A stretch of DNA of 63,985 nt, the filler included, from Licmophora abbreviata (lineage: Eukaryota), in the NCBI GenBank assembly GCA_900291995.1. It is 11 parts of 11 records of this genome, joined end to end, with 100 filler letters (N's around TTAATTAATTAA, not from the genome) between each part and the next. Parts side by side here need not be neighbours in the genome. Positions count along the whole stretch, not along the records: positions 57,247 to 62,836 come from OLMU01003001.1; positions 62,937 to 63,985 come from OLMU01003072.1; 9 more parts are not named here. One strand, 5' to 3'. This document shows, one piece after another, positions 60,011-63,985 of the stretch (within the stretch, counting starts at the first letter, position 1; each line of letters begins with the position of its first letter). Made by a program: the position numbers and the translations under genes. Below the pieces are notes generated by a model, which worked only from the letters and a program-made list of their open reading frames with translations, was not told the origin of the DNA and did no database searches.

Positions 60011-61628
60011 TCACATATTTCCACACTCTGTGGGCCAAGCTTCCCGCCACGCAGCGCGCATTTCTTGACTGAGAACGGGATGATTGGCTTCGAACTCGGC
60101 TGGCGCCTCGGCGAAGCATACGATCACCGTATTGACGGCGCTCGAAACGACACTCATCAAGATACTCGACAACAAGAACCCAACCAGTAAACCAGTACTG
60201 TGGGGAAAAAGCGTCCGTCGACCAGAGCGACATGGGTAAGCATCAGGACAAGCACACGAATGAGATACTGCGGTGCACAACCCTGTACTTACGCAAAGCC
60301 GACCATACCCGCGTCAGCGTCTCCATCAGCGCCCGCAAAAAGATCGCTGTCCATCTTGCCAAGAATCAGTCCGACCAAGCCGGTCACGAGACCGATCCCG
60401 ACGCTTACCATGAACAAGAACATTGTCTGCCAAGTCGTCTGTAATAATAGCGGTCCATCCCTTGTTCTGAAAGAGCATAAGGACGTTTCTACCGGCTTCG
60501 AGATATCCGTACCCGTACAGACCAACGTAAACGTAGGCCCATTTGTTGAGATACTCAATGATACTTTCAATACAGGCGAGAATACAGTCAATCAGACAGA
60601 CGAGAAAGTTAAAGTCGTCACTTTGTCTAGACATCTCTCGTGTAGTACGAAGTGCTTGGATCAAGGCAACTAACAAACCCCCAAAGCAGATACTTCCAAA
60701 GGAATAGGTCATGGCACGCAGACATGAGTCCCACAACGCCGGTGAACAGAACGAAGAGGCTTCTTCCGGCACAAACCACCAAGTTCCAATCACCCCAGCA
60801 TTCGTGACGTGAACAATGTTTTGCAATACTTGATGTACCCAATAGTAACTCAGTAAGAACAAGAATAAAATGCCTTGTCCGACTGTGTTGATCAAGTCAC
60901 TTAGGCCGACGGCCCAAAAGACGGACCACAGCATGGCAACCGCCATGAAGCCGTATGCAACAAGTGCAAGTCCTAGATTGGCACGGACCCCAGCGAGAGC
61001 CGTCCGAAGGTTAGCTGCAGCAAAAGGAATACGTCTCCAGACAAAGTAGGCATAGCAACATCCGACGGCAAAACCAATGAAACCAAATACGGCCATCAGG
61101 GTCTGACCCGACGACAGTCCAACGAAGCCCACGAGCAGAGAAGAAGACGCTGAAAATGAGCGCCACCTTGACGAGTTCCGTCGCAAACTGCATCATGAAT
61201 CCAAGTGCCATGGAGCTGAGTCCTGCTGCGACCAAGCCGCATATGAGGACACACCACACTACGCCTCCGTAGCTTTGGCTGCCGTTGCCGTCTCCGTTGG
61301 GACTACTGCCTGCTGCCCCGAAACTCAATACGACCATCATAACGGCGAGATGAGCGAGAAACAAGGCACCCCAAACGACATCCTTGTACTGTCTGGGCTG
61401 TGCTTCGCCCTTGACTCCATTGAAATCCGAAGAAGGAACCACGAGAGGATCTTGCAGAGGCTGCGTTTGCTTGCTGTAGGAGCCGCCAAAAGTGTTGCGA
61501 GTCGTGCTTGGAGTATTTGGCGCCGAAGAAAAGTAGTCCATGTCAGAAGGGGCCGTCGGCTCGTTTGAGAGCGATACATCGACGCCTTGCACAATCGGGA
61601 TCTCTGCGGAACCGTATGGAGTACTCAT
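60011..61628 (-). pseudogene. CTL/SLC44-like paralog 2, interrupted by two apparent frameshifts
   Basis: YKDVVWG, IPFAAANL, SFGSICFGG, NKWAYVYVGLYGY, FAEAPAEF; frame changes at about 61140 and about 60420 without room for introns. Confidence 0.7.
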
Positions 61629-62202
61629 GACGAAGGGATCAAAGTCGTGGAGGCCAAGGGAGAGCTGTAGTGATGATGGATACGATACGATGTCTTGGTC
61701 GAGTCGTGCTGGTGGAGTGATGATGGCATCAAAAGAGGTGCGAAAAGTCGCGCGCGCAGTGGTGTGATGCGCCCTGCTCGAGAACTCGATCGTGAACAAA
61801 ATTTCGAATAGGTTTTCGCGCCATGCTGTCTCGAGACACACCCCACAGTCTTATCGTGAAAGGAGGAGACATTCTTGTCGCCGATCTCTTTGGAGCTCTC
61901 GCGTCGGGCTGGTCCGTGATCTTTCGGCGATTGCCTTGATGGGCACGTGCGAATCCAATTGCAATATACTTGTGTGTGACGAAAATGGGCAGACTTAACA
62001 GTCCCAATGATGTAGTCCTCTTCAGATGCTTTTATCGTAGTCTACAGTACTTGTCCATTACCTACCAAGTTGGTGCGAATGCTGCCCATGTCACACTATG
62101 ATATGTTCTCTGCGGTCTAGGTTGCCATGTATCATAATCGTAGGCATCTTGTAGGCTGCTCAACTCCCGTGTACGGAAGTATGACTTGGCAAAGAACGAG
62201 AA

Positions 62203-62836
62203 TCAGTAATGAAAGTCAGCAGGCCACGCTTGACGCCACGACGCCCGCATCTGCTCTGAGAGTTCCGGATGGTTGGCTTGGAATTCGTTCGGTGCTTCGG
62301 CATAGCACACAACGACAGTATTGACGGCACTGCTCACCACGCTGAACAAGGTAGCGCACAAGACAAGGCCAAGGACCAGTCCAATACTAGAGAGAGAGGG
62401 CACAAAGCACAACAAAATGGATGAGTTGAAGTTTCGAAATGTCCCACAACAATTCATCGCAACACTCGCCGCCCCTCGTCTCGAGCACTTACACAAACGC
62501 CGTCACCATGTCCAGTCCGACCACGCCCGCCACCAAGAGGCTCACAAGACCCGTCGAACAGCCCACTCCAACACTAATCATGAACAAAGCCGTATCGACC
62601 AACGAGTCGGTAATGATCGCTGTCCACCCACGAGTTCGAAACAACGTCATCACGTTGCGACCGGCATCCATGAAGGAATACCCGTACAGTCCCACATAGA
62701 CAAAAGCCCATTGATTGAAGATCTCGACAATGGTTTCGAGGCATCCGAGAATACATTCGGCGCAGCACATGAGCAATCCGTCGTCGCTCTCTCGTGCCTG
62801 ACGGGCCATCTCCCGTAATGCCTGAATGATTGCCAC
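62203..62836 (-). CDS. CTL/SLC44-like paralog 3; 5' part in gap
   Basis: FNQWAFVYVGLYGYSFMDAGRNV, CYAEAPNEFQANHP; intron about 62388-62491. Confidence 0.85.
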
Positions 62837-62936
62837 NNNNNNNNNNNNNNNNNNNNNNNNNNNNNNNNNNNNNNNNNNNNTTAATTAATTAANNNNNNNN
62901 NNNNNNNNNNNNNNNNNNNNNNNNNNNNNNNNNNNN
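62837..62936. other. Artificial assembly spacer
   Basis: N-run with TTAATTAATTAA. Confidence 0.98.
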
Positions 62937-63164
62937 CTGTCCTCTCGTCGCTGATGTCGTTACACAAGGATGATCTGAGTGCTACATACTGAGATCGCAC
63001 CCTACGCCGTATCATTGCTATGCACTTTATTCCCACAAGTCCGGTGTACATCTCTATCGAAAACTATGAATTAAGTGCTAATGGATACATTACAAGTAAT
63101 GGGTACACCTTCTTGTCGCGATGAAGCAGGATTACGATGTTGCGCTTCGCTCCTCCTGAATTGA

Positions 63165-63962
63165 CTAGTCCACTGCCAGGAAGTCTCGAATGTTTTGTAC
63201 GAAATCATCGGGGCTGTCCAGATAACATGGATGCCCTCCTTCACTTTCCACCACTTTTGCATTGGAATACTTTTGCAGTCGCATCGAGGTCGCCTTTCCG
63301 CCCGTGTCCCTGGATCCGTACAAGGCAAGCGTCTTCACGCGCCCTTTGAGCAACTTGAGAGAGTCTCCGCCGGTCCTGCTGACGGAAACTGCCGCCACGG
63401 GGATCCAGTTTCCAATGTAGTCGAAAAGAGCCTTCTCATCCTCCGACTCGAGCCAGCCAGTCACGGTACTACCAGACATGGACGGAGTCACAAGTGAGAC
63501 GGGGTTCCGAGTTTCAAGAATTTTCTCGTCGCGCATCCCATCGATCGCCGCCTTGAGATCTTTATAGGAACCTCCATCGTCCAAGTCTAAGGCGATGACA
63601 TTGAGACGCTTGAAGAGGCATAGTTTGCTTAGAATTCCGCTAGTCTTCCAGTCCTCTTTGGTGAACGCGGCGCCATGCAGCATGATGAGGTCCACAACTT
63701 CACCGTCCGCCGTCCTCTCCCCGGCGCAATGATAGAACGAATCCACACCAGCTATCGGTGTAACATTGGTCAAAGTGTTCACCTTGGTTCCTCCGTGAGA
63801 AGAATCAGACGAGTGAGTACTTGCACTGATGGGGTTTGTCGTCGGGCTAGCGAAGAACAGGACGGCGGCGACGAGAAGGAGACCGGACGCTCCGACACTC
63901 CACGAAGGAAAACCCCAAGAAGAGTTTCTAGAATTGGGAGAAGCGCGATTCATCGTCGGCAT
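63165..63962 (-). CDS. ABHD14-like alpha/beta hydrolase with N-terminal membrane anchor
   Basis: MLHGAAF, PSMSG nucleophile elbow, YGSRD, GHPCYLD. Confidence 0.85.
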   Translation of the reverse strand: MPTMNRASPNSRNSSWGFPSWSVGASGLLLVAAVLFFASPTTNPISASTHSSDSSHGGTKVNTLTNVTPIAGVDSFYHCAGERTADGEVVDLIMLHGAAFTKEDWKTSGILSKLCLFKRLNVIALDLDDGGSYKDLKAAIDGMRDEKILETRNPVSLVTPSMSGSTVTGWLESEDEKALFDYIGNWIPVAAVSVSRTGGDSLKLLKGRVKTLALYGSRDTGGKATSMRLQKYSNAKVVESEGGHPCYLDSPDDFVQNIRDFLAVD

Positions 63963-63985
63963 GTAGCTTTGTTATTTCTGAAAGG

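Overview
Gene-dense eukaryotic nuclear DNA, most likely from a diatom (short GT-AG introns, bipartite signal peptide + ASAF-type plastid presequences, HA-repeat and 2OG-oxygenase/ankyrin proteins). Ten 100-nt artificial spacers (N-run + TTAATTAATTAA + N-run) split it into 11 segments, so adjacency across spacers is not proven. About 30 protein-coding loci are recognisable: three CTL/SLC44-like paralogs, GST, ISE2-like helicase, aldo-keto reductase, YOS1/IER3IP1, two 2OG-Fe(II) oxygenases, a kinase, GNAT, plastid PGM, RPC4, an EamA transporter, P5CS, a VPS9 GEF, GGC1, isochorismatase, two head-to-head bestrophins, a thioredoxin-fold protein, trypsin and an ABHD14-like hydrolase. Highlights: (1) a single-ORF GT34-like glycosyltransferase + GH47 alpha-1,2-mannosidase fusion with two TM anchors and a C-terminal KxKxx motif; (2) a plastid-targeted carotenoid-oxygenase homolog lacking three of four iron-ligand histidines (probable pseudoenzyme); (3) gene copies decayed by internal deletions (DIS3/RRP44, an MDR oxidoreductase, a stray fragment of the GH47 gene) plus small frameshifts in otherwise intact genes. 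No rRNA, tRNA, CRISPR or recognisable transposase was seen. Family assignments come from motif recognition by eye, not database searches.
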